A stretch of 64,000 bases of DNA from an uncultured Gemmataceae bacterium (GTDB lineage: Bacteria > Planctomycetota > Planctomycetia > Gemmatales > Gemmataceae), in the NCBI GenBank assembly GCA_963750165.1, contig CAVVPN010000011.1:2208001-2272000 (forward strand), written 5' to 3'. Positions within the stretch are counted from its first letter, which is position 1, and every line of letters starts with the position of its first letter. A program made the position numbers and the translations under genes. Shown piece after piece: positions 1 through 10,235 of this stretch. The notes beneath the pieces were generated by a model that was not told the DNA's origin, ran no database searches, and saw nothing but the letters and a program-made list of their open reading frames with translations.

Positions 1-911
1 CCTCCCGGCTGCGCGCCGAAGCGGTCCAGCGCCAGCGGCTCGCCCTTCTTCAGCGCCTCCAGCGCCGCCACCGCCAGCAGCTGGCCGATGCGCTGCGCCT
101 CCTTCGGGCCGCTGACCTGCCGCGGGTTGCGGATGTCGATGTGGTTGAGGTTGCCGCAGCAGGCGTTGAAGAAGATCACGCGCCAGTCCGCCCCGAGCGC
201 GTGCCGCAGCGTCGCGGTCAGGTGGTGCGGGTAGTCGGCGGAGTACTGCGTGCCGCTCACGCAGTCGGGGTGCAGGCCGTAAATCACGGCGAGGATGCGC
301 TGCGACGTGAAGTTGAGGACGTGGACACGCGGATCGATCTGGCCGACGGGGCGGACGACGTTGGGGTTGCCGCGGCCCGGGTTGGTGCGGACGCTGCCGT
401 CCTTCATCAAAAAGCGGCGGTAGTGGGCGACCGTGGCCTCGCGGCCGACATGCAGCGTCACCTGCTTTTCCGCGGCGGCGCGGCCGGCGGCGCGCACCAC
501 GCACGCCGCGATGCCGTCCACCGTCTGCCGCACCCACTTTTCGTTGACGGTGCCCTGGTAGAAACCGGGGTAAATCTTCTCCGCGTCGGAGGTGAAGCCG
601 TCGTTGCGCGGCAGCAGGCCGCCGGTGTGCGTGTGCGTGCAGTGAACCCAGACGTGGCGCGGCGGCGCTTTGGTCAGGCCGGCGACCGCCGTGCGGATGC
701 GCCGAACGATGGGGGCGCCCATGCCGATCAGGTCGCAGGCGACCAGGGCGACACTCTCGGCGTCGCGCCGCAGGTAGAGCACCTTGGCCTTCAATGGGTC
801 GAGGGTGCCGGTGGCCAGGCGGTCGCGGAAGTAGCCGGGCATGGAGCCGCCCAGGGGTGGGGTGATGTCCACCTCATCATACGCCGCCTGCAACGCGGGA
901 ACCTGTGCCAT
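1..911 (-). CDS. Neutral/alkaline ceramidase N-terminal-like hydrolase (partial, runs off window start)
   Basis: Read manually: MAQVPALQAAYDEVDITPPLGGSMPGYF...DPLKAKVL...CTHTHTGG...HPD...SADYP...GNLN; these are typical ceramidase-like family motifs; GGAGG RBS upstream. Confidence 0.7.
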   Translation of the reverse strand, partial: MAQVPALQAAYDEVDITPPLGGSMPGYFRDRLATGTLDPLKAKVLYLRRDAESVALVACDLIGMGAPIVRRIRTAVAGLTKAPPRHVWVHCTHTHTGGLLPRNDGFTSDAEKIYPGFYQGTVNEKWVRQTVDGIAACVVRAAGRAAAEKQVTLHVGREATVAHYRRFLMKDGSVRTNPGRGNPNVVRPVGQIDPRVHVLNFTSQRILAVIYGLHPDCVSGTQYSADYPHHLTATLRHALGADWRVIFFNACCGNLNHIDIRNPRQVSGPKEAQRIGQLLAVAALEALKKGEPLALDRFGAQPG

Positions 912-1029
912 GTCGCACCTCCAGGAGGGATAACGCGCCGCGCCCACGGGGGAAGCGAAAACGCTGTTGCCTCCAGCTCCGAGGCCTCGCCGACCGATGC
1001 GCAAGCCCGTGACTGCTTCATTGACCACA

Positions 1030-2624
1030 CTACCCCGCTTGCGGCCCCGCCGCGCGCACCTCCGCGCTCACTCCCGCCTCATACGCCTTGAAATTGTCGC
1101 GGAACAACTTCGCCAGCTTCCGCGCCGCCGCGTCGTAGGCCGCCGCGTCCGGCCAGGTGCCGCGCGGCTGCAACATCTCCGGCGGCAGGTGCGGGCACAC
1201 TGTCACCACGTCGAAGCCGAACACCGCGTCGCGCACCGTCGGCGCGTGCGCCAGCTGGCCGTTGTGGATGGCGTCAATGATCGCCCGTGTGTAACTCAGC
1301 TTCATGCGGCTGCCGATGCCGTGCGGGCCGCCGCTCCAACCCGTGTTCACCAGCCACACGTGCGTCTGGTGCTGCCGCATCTTCGCGGCCAGCAATTCCG
1401 CATATTTTCCGGGGTGCCACACCAGAAACGGGCCGCCGAAGCACGGCGAGAACGTCGCCTGCGGCTCGGTCACGCCCATTTCGGTGCCGGCCACCTTCGC
1501 CGTGTAGCCGCTGATGAAGTGGTACATCGCGTGCGCGGCGCTCAGCCGGCTCACCGGCGGCAGCACCCCGAAGGCGTCGCACGTCAGGAAAATCACGTCC
1601 GTCGGGTGGCCGGCCAGACACGGAATCCGGGCGTTGCGGATGAACTCGATCGGGTAAGCGCCGCGCGTGTTCTGCGTGATGCGCGTGTCGTGGAAATCGA
1701 CGTGCCGGTCCTCCTCGTTCAGGATGACGTTCTCCAGCACCGCCCCGAAGCGCAGCGCCTGAAAAATGTCCGGCTCCGACTCCGGCGTCAGGTCGATGGC
1801 CTTGGCGTAACAACCACCCTCAATGTTGAAAATGCCGTGATCGCTCCAGCAGTGCTCGTCGTCGCCGATGAGCAGCCGCTTCGGGTCCGCCGACAGCGTT
1901 GTCTTGCCGGTGCCGGACAGGCCGAACAGCACTGACGACCGCCCCGTGTGCCGATCCGCCGTCGCCGAGCAGTGCATCGACAAGATGCCGCGCTTCGGCA
2001 TCAGGTAGTTCATGATGGTGAAGACGCCCTTCTTCATCTCACCGGCGTATTCGGTGCCGAGGATGACCACCTCGCCGTCCTCGAAGCAGAGGTCGATACT
2101 CGTCTTGCTGGTCATGCCGGAGGTGTGGCGGTTGGCGGGGAATTCGCCGGCGTTGTAGATCACATAGTCCGGCTGGCCGTAGTGCTCCAGCTGCGGCCGC
2201 GTCGGCCGGATCAGCATCGTGTGCATGAACAGGGCGTGGTACGGCCGCGAACAGATGACGCGCACCTTGAGCTGATGCGCAGGGTCCCAGCCGGCGAAGC
2301 CGTCGAAGCAGAACAGCCGCTTGCGCGTGTTCAAATAATCGACGGCCCGCTCCCGGTTGATGGCGAACACGGCCGGCTCGATCGGCACGTTGACGTTGCC
2401 CCACCAGATGTCCTTTTCGGTCTGCGGCTGGCGGACGATGTGCTTGTCCTTCGGCGAGCGGCCGGTCTTGGCGCCGAGTAAGCGACCAGGGCGCCCGAGT
2501 CGGCGATGCGCGCGGCGGGGTCGTAGCGGATGGCCTCCTCGTACAGCCGCGACGGCGTCAGGTTGCGCCACACCTCCTCGACGGTGATGCCGTGCGGCTT
2601 CAGATCAACCTGGTGACTGCTCAT
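1030..2624 (-). CDS. pckA: Phosphoenolpyruvate carboxykinase (ATP); one frameshift near 2475
   Basis: KTGRSPKDK, YAGEMKK, MHCSA, FGLSGTGKTTLS, IGDDEH, EGGCYAK motifs; N-terminus MSSHQVDL...GALVAYS is in the adjacent frame. Confidence 0.92.
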
Positions 2625-2669
2625 GAAAACCTCTTGTCCGCCAGCGCCAGGACGCATGCCGCCGCACGC

Positions 2670-4580
2670 TCACTTCGCCCCGCCCCACAACCGCACGGTG
2701 CCGTCCTGGCCGCCGCTCACCGCCCAGCGGCCGTCCTGGGCGAACGCCACGTCCCACACCTGGCCGTTGTGACCGGTCAGTTCCCGGACCTGCTGGCCGC
2801 TCTCCACGTCCCACAGCCGCACCGTGCCGTCCGCGCTCGCCGACAGGATGCGCCGGCCGTCCGGCGCGAACGCCACCGCGTTGACGTAGCCGGTGTGGCC
2901 CTTGAACGTCCGCAGCATCTTGCCGCTGTTCAGATCCCACAGGATCAGCGTCTTGTCCGTGCTACCGCTCACTGCCCGCCGGCCGTCCGGCGCGAACGCC
3001 ACGCTCATCACCGTGTCCTTGTGGCCCGTCAGCTTCTTCAACTCCAGGCCGCTGTCCACGTCCCACAGCCGTACCGTTTTGTCCAGGCTGCCCGACAGGG
3101 CGCGCTTGCCGTCCCGCGACAGATCGACGCTCCAGACAAAATGGTCGTGACCCACGAAACGCTTCAACTCGCTGCCAGTCTCGACACTCCACAGCCGCAC
3201 CGTTCGGTCGTCGCCGCCCGAGAGCACCCGCAGGCCATCCGCCGACAGCACCACGCTGCGCACGTAATCGTCGTGGCCGCTGAACTGCCGCACTTCGCGG
3301 CCGGTGAGCGCGTCCCACAGCCGAATGGTGCGGTCGAAGCCGCCCGACAGCACCCGTCGCCCATCCGGCGACATCGTCACCGCCCAGACGACGCCGTTGT
3401 GGCCGTTCAGGCGACGCTGCTCCTTGCCGCTGCGGCCGCCCCACACATGCACGGCGCTGTCGGCGCCGCCACCAGCGACGCGGCGGCCGTCCGCCGACAC
3501 GCCGACACCGTAGACCGGCCCCACCGCGCCCTCGAACTTCCGCACCTCGCCGGTGATCTCGCCACTGCGGTACTCCGCCGGCAGCAGCCCGTTGATGGTC
3601 TTCATGCGCACCTCAATGGTGCTGCGCGGCGGATCCTCGGATTGGAGGTACGCCTGCTGATACCACTGATAGGCGTGCAGCAGGAGCTGCGTCTTTTCCG
3701 CGGCGTTGGCCTTGCCGGCGCGCTTCCACCAGGCGTCGGCCAGGGCCAGCTGTTTCTCGGCGGCCTGCGGTTGCGCCAGATCCTGCTTCGCCAGGGTGGC
3801 CAGCGTTGGGTTGTCCGACCGGGCCAGCATTTCCAGGCCGCGGTCCCAGTTGCCCTTGATGAACGCCTGGTACTTGCCCATCACGAGGTTCGCTTTGGCG
3901 TCCTTTGGGTTCTTCCGCAGCGCGTCGGCGAAGGGCTTGAGTGGCGCGAACGCCTTTTGCAGCCGCTCCACCTCCTTCTGCCGCTTATCGACGCCGGTCA
4001 CCAGGGCGACGCTGCGGAGCTTGACGGCGGCAGCCCGGGCCGTGACTCCCAGCTCCCGGGCGACCTCATAGTCGTCGTCGTTCAGGGCGTCCTCCAGCAG
4101 CAGCAGGGCGGTGTCGAGGACGAACTGATAATTCTCCTTCGAGGCGGCGGCCTTGCTGGCCAGGCGTAGAATCCTGGTCTTCATGGCGAACGCCTCGGCC
4201 GGCTGGACGGCGAAGTGCAGCGACAGCTCCTCGATGGCCTGCAGCGCTGTGGTCACGTCGCCGGACAGCGCGGCCAGGTCGCGGGCGTCACGGAACAGGA
4301 CGTACTTGCCGGCCAGGTTGTCGTCGGTCAACCGACCCTCCTGGAGCAGCGTCGCAGCCAACCGACGGCGGGCGTTGTTGTCCGTCTGCGCCTTGGCGAA
4401 CTCGGCCTCGTAGACTTCCCGGACCAGAGCCTCGGCCTTCTTCTGGGCGGCCGGGCTCGGCACCGGCGTTTTCTTGCCGGGCTGGGCCGCGGACAGGGAC
4501 AGGGTACACGCCAGGGCGCAGCCGAGCAGGCCGGCCAGTAGGAGCCCACGGCAACCGCCGTCCGTTTTACGCGAACGCAT
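2670..4580 (-). CDS. Secreted WD40-repeat protein with helical N-terminal domain
   Basis: Signal-like N-terminus; about 7 GH...WD repeats at the C-terminus. Confidence 0.88.
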   Translation of the reverse strand: MRSRKTDGGCRGLLLAGLLGCALACTLSLSAAQPGKKTPVPSPAAQKKAEALVREVYEAEFAKAQTDNNARRRLAATLLQEGRLTDDNLAGKYVLFRDARDLAALSGDVTTALQAIEELSLHFAVQPAEAFAMKTRILRLASKAAASKENYQFVLDTALLLLEDALNDDDYEVARELGVTARAAAVKLRSVALVTGVDKRQKEVERLQKAFAPLKPFADALRKNPKDAKANLVMGKYQAFIKGNWDRGLEMLARSDNPTLATLAKQDLAQPQAAEKQLALADAWWKRAGKANAAEKTQLLLHAYQWYQQAYLQSEDPPRSTIEVRMKTINGLLPAEYRSGEITGEVRKFEGAVGPVYGVGVSADGRRVAGGGADSAVHVWGGRSGKEQRRLNGHNGVVWAVTMSPDGRRVLSGGFDRTIRLWDALTGREVRQFSGHDDYVRSVVLSADGLRVLSGGDDRTVRLWSVETGSELKRFVGHDHFVWSVDLSRDGKRALSGSLDKTVRLWDVDSGLELKKLTGHKDTVMSVAFAPDGRRAVSGSTDKTLILWDLNSGKMLRTFKGHTGYVNAVAFAPDGRRILSASADGTVRLWDVESGQQVRELTGHNGQVWDVAFAQDGRWAVSGGQDGTVRLWGGAK

Positions 4581-4708
4581 AACTCCCTCGCTTGCTGATC
4601 TCACAGGTGCTTCGTGATTGGGCTGTCGGGGATATTGTGGCAAGTTGCTCCGCGGAGACAACCGGGCGGTGGGGTGAGGGGGTGAGGGGGTGAAAGAACG
4701 GAACCCTC

Positions 4709-5251
4709 TCACCCCACCGCCTCCGGCCACGGCCCCGGCGACCGTGGCGGTAGTTCCTCAAACTTGACCTCCTCCTTGAAGACGCGGAAACCGCGGCGCT
4801 CGTAATTGGCCAGCGCCCCCGGATGGTCGAGGTCGCAGGTGTGCAGCCAGACACGCGCTGCGCCGCGCTGCCAGGCGCGCTCGACCGCCGCGGTCAGCAG
4901 CGCTCCCCCCAGGCCGCAGCCGACGAAGCGCGGCAGTAGTCCGAAATACACGATCTCCACACTGCCGCCGGCCTGTTCCTCCAGCTCGAAGTAGCCCGCC
5001 GGGCTGCCGGCGACGTACGCCACCCACGTTTCCAGTTCGGGCCGGTCCAGGTAGGCGAGCCATTGTTGATACGTCCACGGCAGCCGGTCGAGCCAGTACC
5101 AGCCACCGCCGACCGCCGTGTATAGGAAGCGGTTCAACTCCGGCAGTGGGATTTCGGCGCGGCGGATGGTCAGTTCGGGCCGCGCTGGGCTCGGCCGCAA
5201 CTGGTCGCGGACGGTCATTTCCAGGTGTTTGACGGTGACAGCGGTGGCCAT
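4709..5251 (-). CDS. GNAT family N-acetyltransferase
   Basis: FGLLPRFVGCGLGGALL acetyl-CoA motif A; WLHTCDLDHPGALANYERRGF. Confidence 0.88.
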   Translation of the reverse strand: MATAVTVKHLEMTVRDQLRPSPARPELTIRRAEIPLPELNRFLYTAVGGGWYWLDRLPWTYQQWLAYLDRPELETWVAYVAGSPAGYFELEEQAGGSVEIVYFGLLPRFVGCGLGGALLTAAVERAWQRGAARVWLHTCDLDHPGALANYERRGFRVFKEEVKFEELPPRSPGPWPEAVG

Positions 5252-5324
5252 CGGTTGTCCTCTTCATGGCCGAAGGGCGCAGCGCCGACAGACGGGTTGG
5301 CACGGCCCGTCCTCGGCTGGCGTG

Positions 5325-5402
5325 GGTTGCCACAGCAAGGGGGCCAAGGGGGCCAAGGGGGCCAACTTTTTCACACGTCGAGATTTGGCGCCCTTGCCTG
5401 GC
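5325..5402 (+). repeat. Dispersed nonamer-array repeat, copy 1
   Basis: CAAG-(GGGGCCAAG)n-...GCCAACTTTTTCACACGTCGAGA; similar copies at about 10110 (reverse), 18790 and 27765. Confidence 0.75.
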
Positions 5403-5578
5403 AAACCGCGGTGGCCAACCGTCGGCGCACGACTTCCTGATTGGCGACGTGCTTCTGTTCGAGGATCCAGCGCAGCTGACAAAAATGAGTGAAAAGAGCC
5501 GAGCCCGGGATCGTTTCCCTGATTATTCACTCTTTCTATCTTTTTCGTGTTTTCGTCCTTTCGTGTTTTCGTGATTCG

Positions 5579-6805
5579 TCATTTCTTCGCCGCCGCGTCG
5601 TAGAAGAGCAGGTCGGCGTTGCGGAAGAAGATGCCGTTATTGGGCGGGTTGCCGAACGGCGCGTTGATCGCCAGCACCGCAAGCTGGATGGTCTCGCCCG
5701 GTTTGGCGCGGTCCGTCAGCTTCACCAGGTTCGAATAGTTGAAGCCGCTGATGGCGCCGCCGCCGCTCTTACCATACGCCAGGTCAATCTTGCCGTTGAC
5801 CCACACCTCGCCGTAGTCGTCCACGGTCGTGCGGAAGTACACCGCCTTGCCGGCCACGTCCTTGCCGTTCACCTTCTCCGGGATCGTCACCTGCATGCGA
5901 TACCAGGCCATGCTGAACTTGCCCTGCTCGAAGGACTTGTCCCACTTCTTCAAGACCTCCGGAGCCACCGCCTCCCATTGGCTGTCGTCGAACTTGCCGT
6001 GCGCCTTCGGCGCGATCTCGTTCTTCTTCGGCCCGGCGTGAACCTCGACGCGGTGCCGCCGCCATTCGCCCTTGATCGCGGCGGCACCCGTCTTCGTCAG
6101 CAGGTTGAGCCTGGCCACTTCCGTGCCCTTCGGCGGGCTGACCAGGTTGGGTTTGTTGGCGCCGCCGTCCGGGGCGTCGGGCGTGAAGAACTCCAGACCG
6201 GTGAAGCCGTGCAGGAAAATCTTGTTGCCCGGTGGGTTGCCCAGCGGGCCGTTGATGCCGAGCACGGCGATCTGGAACACATCGCCCGGTTTGGCGTCGC
6301 GTTTGGCCCCCTTGCCCTTGTCTGGCTTCTGCAAGCGGACGCGATTCACGGTGTTGAAGCCGCTGACCTCGCCGCGGCCGGTCTCGCCGACCTTGTGGTT
6401 CAGGGCGCCATCAACCCAGACCTCGCCGTAGTCGTCCACGACGGTGGAGAACCACACCGGGCCGCCCGCGAACTTCTTGCCGTTCACCATGTCCGGGATG
6501 GTGATCTTGAGGCGATACCAGCACCAGCAGTAGCCGCCGGCGCCGCGCCCGTTTTTGAGCGTCTCGGGTTTGAGCACCTCCCACTTGCTGTCGTCGAAGG
6601 TGCCGTGGGCCCTGGGCTCGATCCCGTTCTTCATCGGGCCGACACCGGTGGTCACATCGGCGTAGCGCCACTCACCCTTGACCTCCTCGACACCCTTGGT
6701 GGTGGCCAGGTTGATCTTGCCGACCAACCCGGGCTGCGCGTGGGCGACGCCCGCAAGCAGCAGTGCGGCCACGACGGCCAGGACGATGGTTCGGATGCGG
6801 AACAC
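5579..6805 (-). CDS. Secreted protein with two tandem GH2/beta-galactosidase jelly-roll-like (sugar-binding) domains
   Basis: Signal peptide; two homologous halves each with GEWR, FDDSxWE, WYR and VDDYGEVWVxG motifs. Confidence 0.7.
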   Translation of the reverse strand: MFRIRTIVLAVVAALLLAGVAHAQPGLVGKINLATTKGVEEVKGEWRYADVTTGVGPMKNGIEPRAHGTFDDSKWEVLKPETLKNGRGAGGYCWCWYRLKITIPDMVNGKKFAGGPVWFSTVVDDYGEVWVDGALNHKVGETGRGEVSGFNTVNRVRLQKPDKGKGAKRDAKPGDVFQIAVLGINGPLGNPPGNKIFLHGFTGLEFFTPDAPDGGANKPNLVSPPKGTEVARLNLLTKTGAAAIKGEWRRHRVEVHAGPKKNEIAPKAHGKFDDSQWEAVAPEVLKKWDKSFEQGKFSMAWYRMQVTIPEKVNGKDVAGKAVYFRTTVDDYGEVWVNGKIDLAYGKSGGGAISGFNYSNLVKLTDRAKPGETIQLAVLAINAPFGNPPNNGIFFRNADLLFYDAAAKK

Positions 6806-6981
6806 GGAATGCCCCCTTTGCGGAAACGGACTGCGGGTGACTGTCAGGCTTGCGGATGAAGGTATCAGGTTTTACGGCGGACGCCAGGGGCAGTCGGCCG
6901 TCTTCTCTGGAAAACCGGACTGCCATGTGGGAAAATCAATACGATTACCGAACCGTCCCAAACAGACGCTGGAGGAAACCC

Positions 6982-7315
6982 ATGACGCGAATCACGATCG
7001 CAGATCCCCTGGCGGACCAGTTGCAGACGGTCTCGCAACCGGTCGAGCTGTGCGACGACGCCGGCCGTGTACTGGGCCAGTTCCTGCCAGCCCTCAACCC
7101 GTCGCAGTATGAGCCTTGCGAACCACCCATTATTGCAGATTGCGACTGGGTGTAGCGGAAGTCGCCAGACTTCCGAGCAGCACCGGACGGAAGTCTGGCG
7201 ACTTCCGCTACACCCAACTGCGAACCGCTCGAGCGATGAGGAGCTGGAACGACGGCGCCAATCCACGACCTGGTACACCACCGAAGAAGTGCTGAAATAT
7301 CTGGAGAGTCTTTGA
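6982..7315 (+). pseudogene. Putative antitoxin-like small protein interrupted by a 100-bp MITE
   Basis: Removing 7133-7232 restores a 77-aa ORF (MTRITIAD...PCEPPI-SDEELERRRQSTTWYTTEEVLKYLESL); translationally coupled (TGATG) to the next ORF. Confidence 0.65.
7131..7232. mobile_element. TA-flanked MITE carrying a GTAG-type REP pair
   Basis: Near-identical to 13342-13443; internal inverted repeat GGGTGTAGCGGAAGTCGCCAGACTTCCG...CGGAAGTCTGGCGACTTCCGCTACACCC. Confidence 0.8.
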
Positions 7316-7443
7316 TGTGCCGCATTCGCTGGGCACACGCAGCGCTGATGGACCTCGCCGCCTTCTGGGTCCGGGCGGATTCGACCCTGCGCCAGCAGAT
7401 CACCCGCGCTTCCTGGAGGCAGCTTGTCTGTTCCCGGGGGTGA
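7315..7443 (+). pseudogene. Truncated RelE/ParE-like toxin fragment
   Basis: MCRIRWAHAALMDLAAFW resembles a RelE/ParE N-terminus; only 42 aa; overlaps the stop of the upstream gene. Confidence 0.5.
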
Positions 7444-7474
7444 CGGTACATTGCAGGTGTTTTGAGGAAGCCGC

Positions 7475-7826
7475 GCTGGAGTGGCGGAATGGCAGACGCA
7501 TCGGACTTAGCGTGTTGAGCACCGGGGTGGGAAACCCCCCGCGTGAATTCAGTCGAAGTCGGGGAAACCTCTCCCCTGCCGGGGGTGGCAATCCCGAGCC
7601 AAGCTTGTTCCGGACGACGCCTCCGTGTCCGCGGCGCCGCCCCCAGGGCCGGCACCGTGCGAGGCGGAACAAGAAGGTGTAGAGACTTGGCGGCTGAGGC
7701 CTACGGGCGGACACCCACGGCCAAGGGAAAGTCCAGACCACGAACCGCAAGGGTGGCGAAAGCCATCGTGGTACGAAAATCCGAAGTCCCGTCAGGGGCG
7801 TGAGGGTTCGAGTCCCTCCTCCAGCA
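7475..7826 (+). tRNA. trnL: tRNA-Leu(UAA), intron-containing (exons 7475-7508 and 7776-7826)
   Basis: Acceptor GCTGGAG/CTCCAGC; spliced anticodon arm TCGGA-CTTAAAA-TCCGA; long variable arm; GGTTCGAGTCC T-arm. Confidence 0.92.
7509..7775 (+). ncRNA. Group I intron in the tRNA-Leu(UAA) anticodon
   Basis: Inserted after U34, ends in G; TTGAGC guide; core-like elements GGCAATCCCGAGCCAAG, GGTGTAGAGACT and AAAGTCC resemble the trnL(UAA) intron. Confidence 0.88.
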
Positions 7827-7858
7827 CTTCCCGTCCGCGGTCCCCGAACAGGTGCAAC

Positions 7859-8287
7859 ATGGCAGCACAATTCAACGAGGGCGGCATCCGCTTTCAATAC
7901 CCCGAGAACTGGCAGCTGGAGCGCGCGGAGCACGAGACCGGCTGGACGGTGTCGGTGCAGAGTCCGGGCACCGCGTTCCTGCTCATCACCGTCAACGTCG
8001 AGGGGCTGGAGCCCGTGCAGATGGTGGACACCGTGCTGGAGGCGATGCGCGACGACTACCCCGACCTGGAAGCGGACGAGTGCGTCGATACGCTGGCGGG
8101 CCAGCCGGCTGTCGGCCATGAGATGCGTTTCATCAGCCTTGACCTGACCAACACCTGCTGGACGCGCGGCATCTACACGCCGGAGGGCACCGCCCTGGTG
8201 ATGTGGCAAGCCAACGACCTGGATCTGGAAGAAACCGGGCCGGTGCTGCGGGCCATCTGTGCGTCACTGGAGGTGGACGAGGACTGA
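7859..8287 (+). CDS. Conserved hypothetical protein (PsbP/DcrB-like N-terminus)
   Basis: Clean high-GC3 ORF; GIRFQYPENW motif. Confidence 0.7.
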   Translation: MAAQFNEGGIRFQYPENWQLERAEHETGWTVSVQSPGTAFLLITVNVEGLEPVQMVDTVLEAMRDDYPDLEADECVDTLAGQPAVGHEMRFISLDLTNTCWTRGIYTPEGTALVMWQANDLDLEETGPVLRAICASLEVDED

Positions 8288-8296
8288 CGCGGTGCC

Positions 8297-8667
8297 TCAC
8301 CAGTCGGTGTCGGGGTACTGCTCCGGCGCCTTGCCGTGGCTCTCCAGGATGCGCGTTTTGGCCTTCCTGGGAAGCGGTTCTACGGACTCCAGCTTCACGT
8401 CAAACTGCCAGTTGTCGCCGAAGTCGTACACCAGTTTCAGCGACTGCCCGGGTTGCAGCGGTAGCTCGCCGATGTGGACTTCATTGGTGTACGGCCCCTC
8501 GTCCATGTACTCGTGGTAGACGCGCACTTCCCTGCCGAACGGATCGCGGTAAATGAACTCGTGCAGGTGCTCGTCGTCATGCGGAAGTCGCGCAGGATGG
8601 GGCCGGGCTGCTCCGCGGTGATGGCCTGGCCGTGGATACCGCAAGTCCCTCCGGCGAGGTAGCTCAT
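8297..8667 (-). pseudogene. Plasmid pRiA4b ORF-3-like fragment
   Basis: DDEHLHEF and YDFGDNWQF motifs; 5' part in a different frame or truncated. Confidence 0.6.
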
Positions 8668-8780
8668 GGGTTTCCGCTGCCTTTTCCCGGTTTTCACTTG
8701 CAACCCGCGGTCGGCAGGGGATGATGGGGCGGCGGAAGACCACGGACAGTCATCACCATTCCGATCTCGGGAGGCGTCTG

Positions 8781-9293
8781 ATGAACACCCTGCGAACCCC
8801 CTGGCGGCTGACGATGTCGGCCGCGTGCGTGCTGGCGCTGCTGGCGCTGGCGAGCCCGGCCTGGACCGGTGGCGGCCAGGACAAGGACAAGGGCCAGGAA
8901 AAAGACAAGGACAAGGGCGAGACGAAGGGCCTGGGCAAGCCGTTCGAGCAGGTCACCCTGGACGCGGACGCGCTCGACAAGCAGTTCAAGGTGCTCAAGG
9001 TGAGCGGCAAGAACAATGAGCAGAGCTTCTACGTGCTGAGTTGCGCGCTGGTGGCGAAGCACAAACTGGACGTGGGGATGCTCAACGAACTGTTGACCAA
9101 GACGGAACTGCGCTTCTATGCTGGCGACATCATCGTCGGTCGCTACGTGCTGCAGCCGGCCGACCCCCAGCAGATGCAGCGTGGACTGGTCAAGGACGAG
9201 AAGATGGTCGTGCACGTGCAGCTGGCCCCGGACGCGGTGCGGAAGCTCGCGGAAGAGAAGCCGACCAGGGCGGCGCTGGTGAAAACCGAGTAA
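8781..9293 (+). CDS. Secreted hypothetical protein
   Basis: Signal peptide; GGAGG RBS; Lys/Asp-rich linker. Confidence 0.7.
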   Translation: MNTLRTPWRLTMSAACVLALLALASPAWTGGGQDKDKGQEKDKDKGETKGLGKPFEQVTLDADALDKQFKVLKVSGKNNEQSFYVLSCALVAKHKLDVGMLNELLTKTELRFYAGDIIVGRYVLQPADPQQMQRGLVKDEKMVVHVQLAPDAVRKLAEEKPTRAALVKTE

Positions 9294-9409
9294 AGCTGGG
9301 GTGAAGCCGGATCGAGCCGGGAACTGATCGGTAGGGGGGTGCGGATCGGTTCCCGGCGTCGTTTCCACGAACCGTCGAAAGAAACAGGCGCAGGTGGGCG
9401 CTGCTCATG

Positions 9410-10057
9410 TCATCCCCGGACTTCGTTGAAGAAGGCGTCGATGCGTTCCAGGAGTTGTGCCTCCGTGAGCTTGCCGTTGGGCCGGCACTTCATCATGTCC
9501 GCGCTGACGCACTGCTTCAACTCGTCCAGCCAGACCTGTCCTTTCTGGCCCGACCAGGCCGCCAGCGCGCCGCGCACCCGTGCCTTGTTCGCCTCGTGAA
9601 TCCTCTCGCCCGCAATTCCGGAAAGAGCCATGATGGCCACCCAGTTGGCGAGTTCGTCCAGGGGCGTGTCGGCCAGATTGCCCGCGGTCCATCATCGCCC
9701 AGAAGCATCCGTCGAAACGATCAGCTTGGTAATGTCCCCCTCGGCGTGCAGCCACTGGAGGATTTCCAGACACTGGGCCTGATAGGGCTCGCCGCCCTGT
9801 TCCGCGTCGCGGTCGGGCGCCAGCACCTCGAACGGCGGGGTCTTGTTCCAGCGCCGCTCGATCTCGGCGTAGACCAGGGTCAGGAACAGGTCATGTCCGT
9901 CGCTGGGCATGGGCGGCCCGGTCACGTAGATTTTGAACGGCTCCGGGTTCTCGATGACCGGGCGCGGGCGGGACCGGCCCAGCCAGTGCAGCAGTGCCAT
10001 CGACGGCCACAGGGCCAGGGTCCGACTGCCGTCCGCACAGGTGTACTCGATGCGCAT
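9410..10057 (-). CDS. Hypothetical protein, frameshifted
   Basis: Coding-like segments MRIEYTC... and ...VAIMALSG...FFNEVRG in different frames. Confidence 0.4.
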
Positions 10058-10107
10058 GGCTTCACGTCCCTCGGTAGGGTGACCACCGTTTTCACCGACG
10101 CGGAATG

Positions 10108-10168
10108 AGCCGGCAAGGACGCCAATTCTCGACATGCAAAAAAGTTGGCGTTCTTGGCGTTCTTGCTC
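10108..10168 (-). repeat. Dispersed nonamer-array repeat, copy 2
   Basis: Reverse complement GCAAGAACGCCAAGAACGCCAACTTTTTTGCATGTCGAGAATTGGCGTCCTTGC. Confidence 0.7.
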
Positions 10169-10235
10169 TGTCAGGCGGCGCCACCCCATGCCCCGCCGTG
10201 CCGGCAGCGCCGGGCGCGAATCGGCATGAACGCCG

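Noticed and set aside
5325..5390. Short tandem repeats as a CRISPR array (also 42816-42926 and 40610-40770)
   Set aside because: There are no unique spacers between constant repeats and no cas genes.
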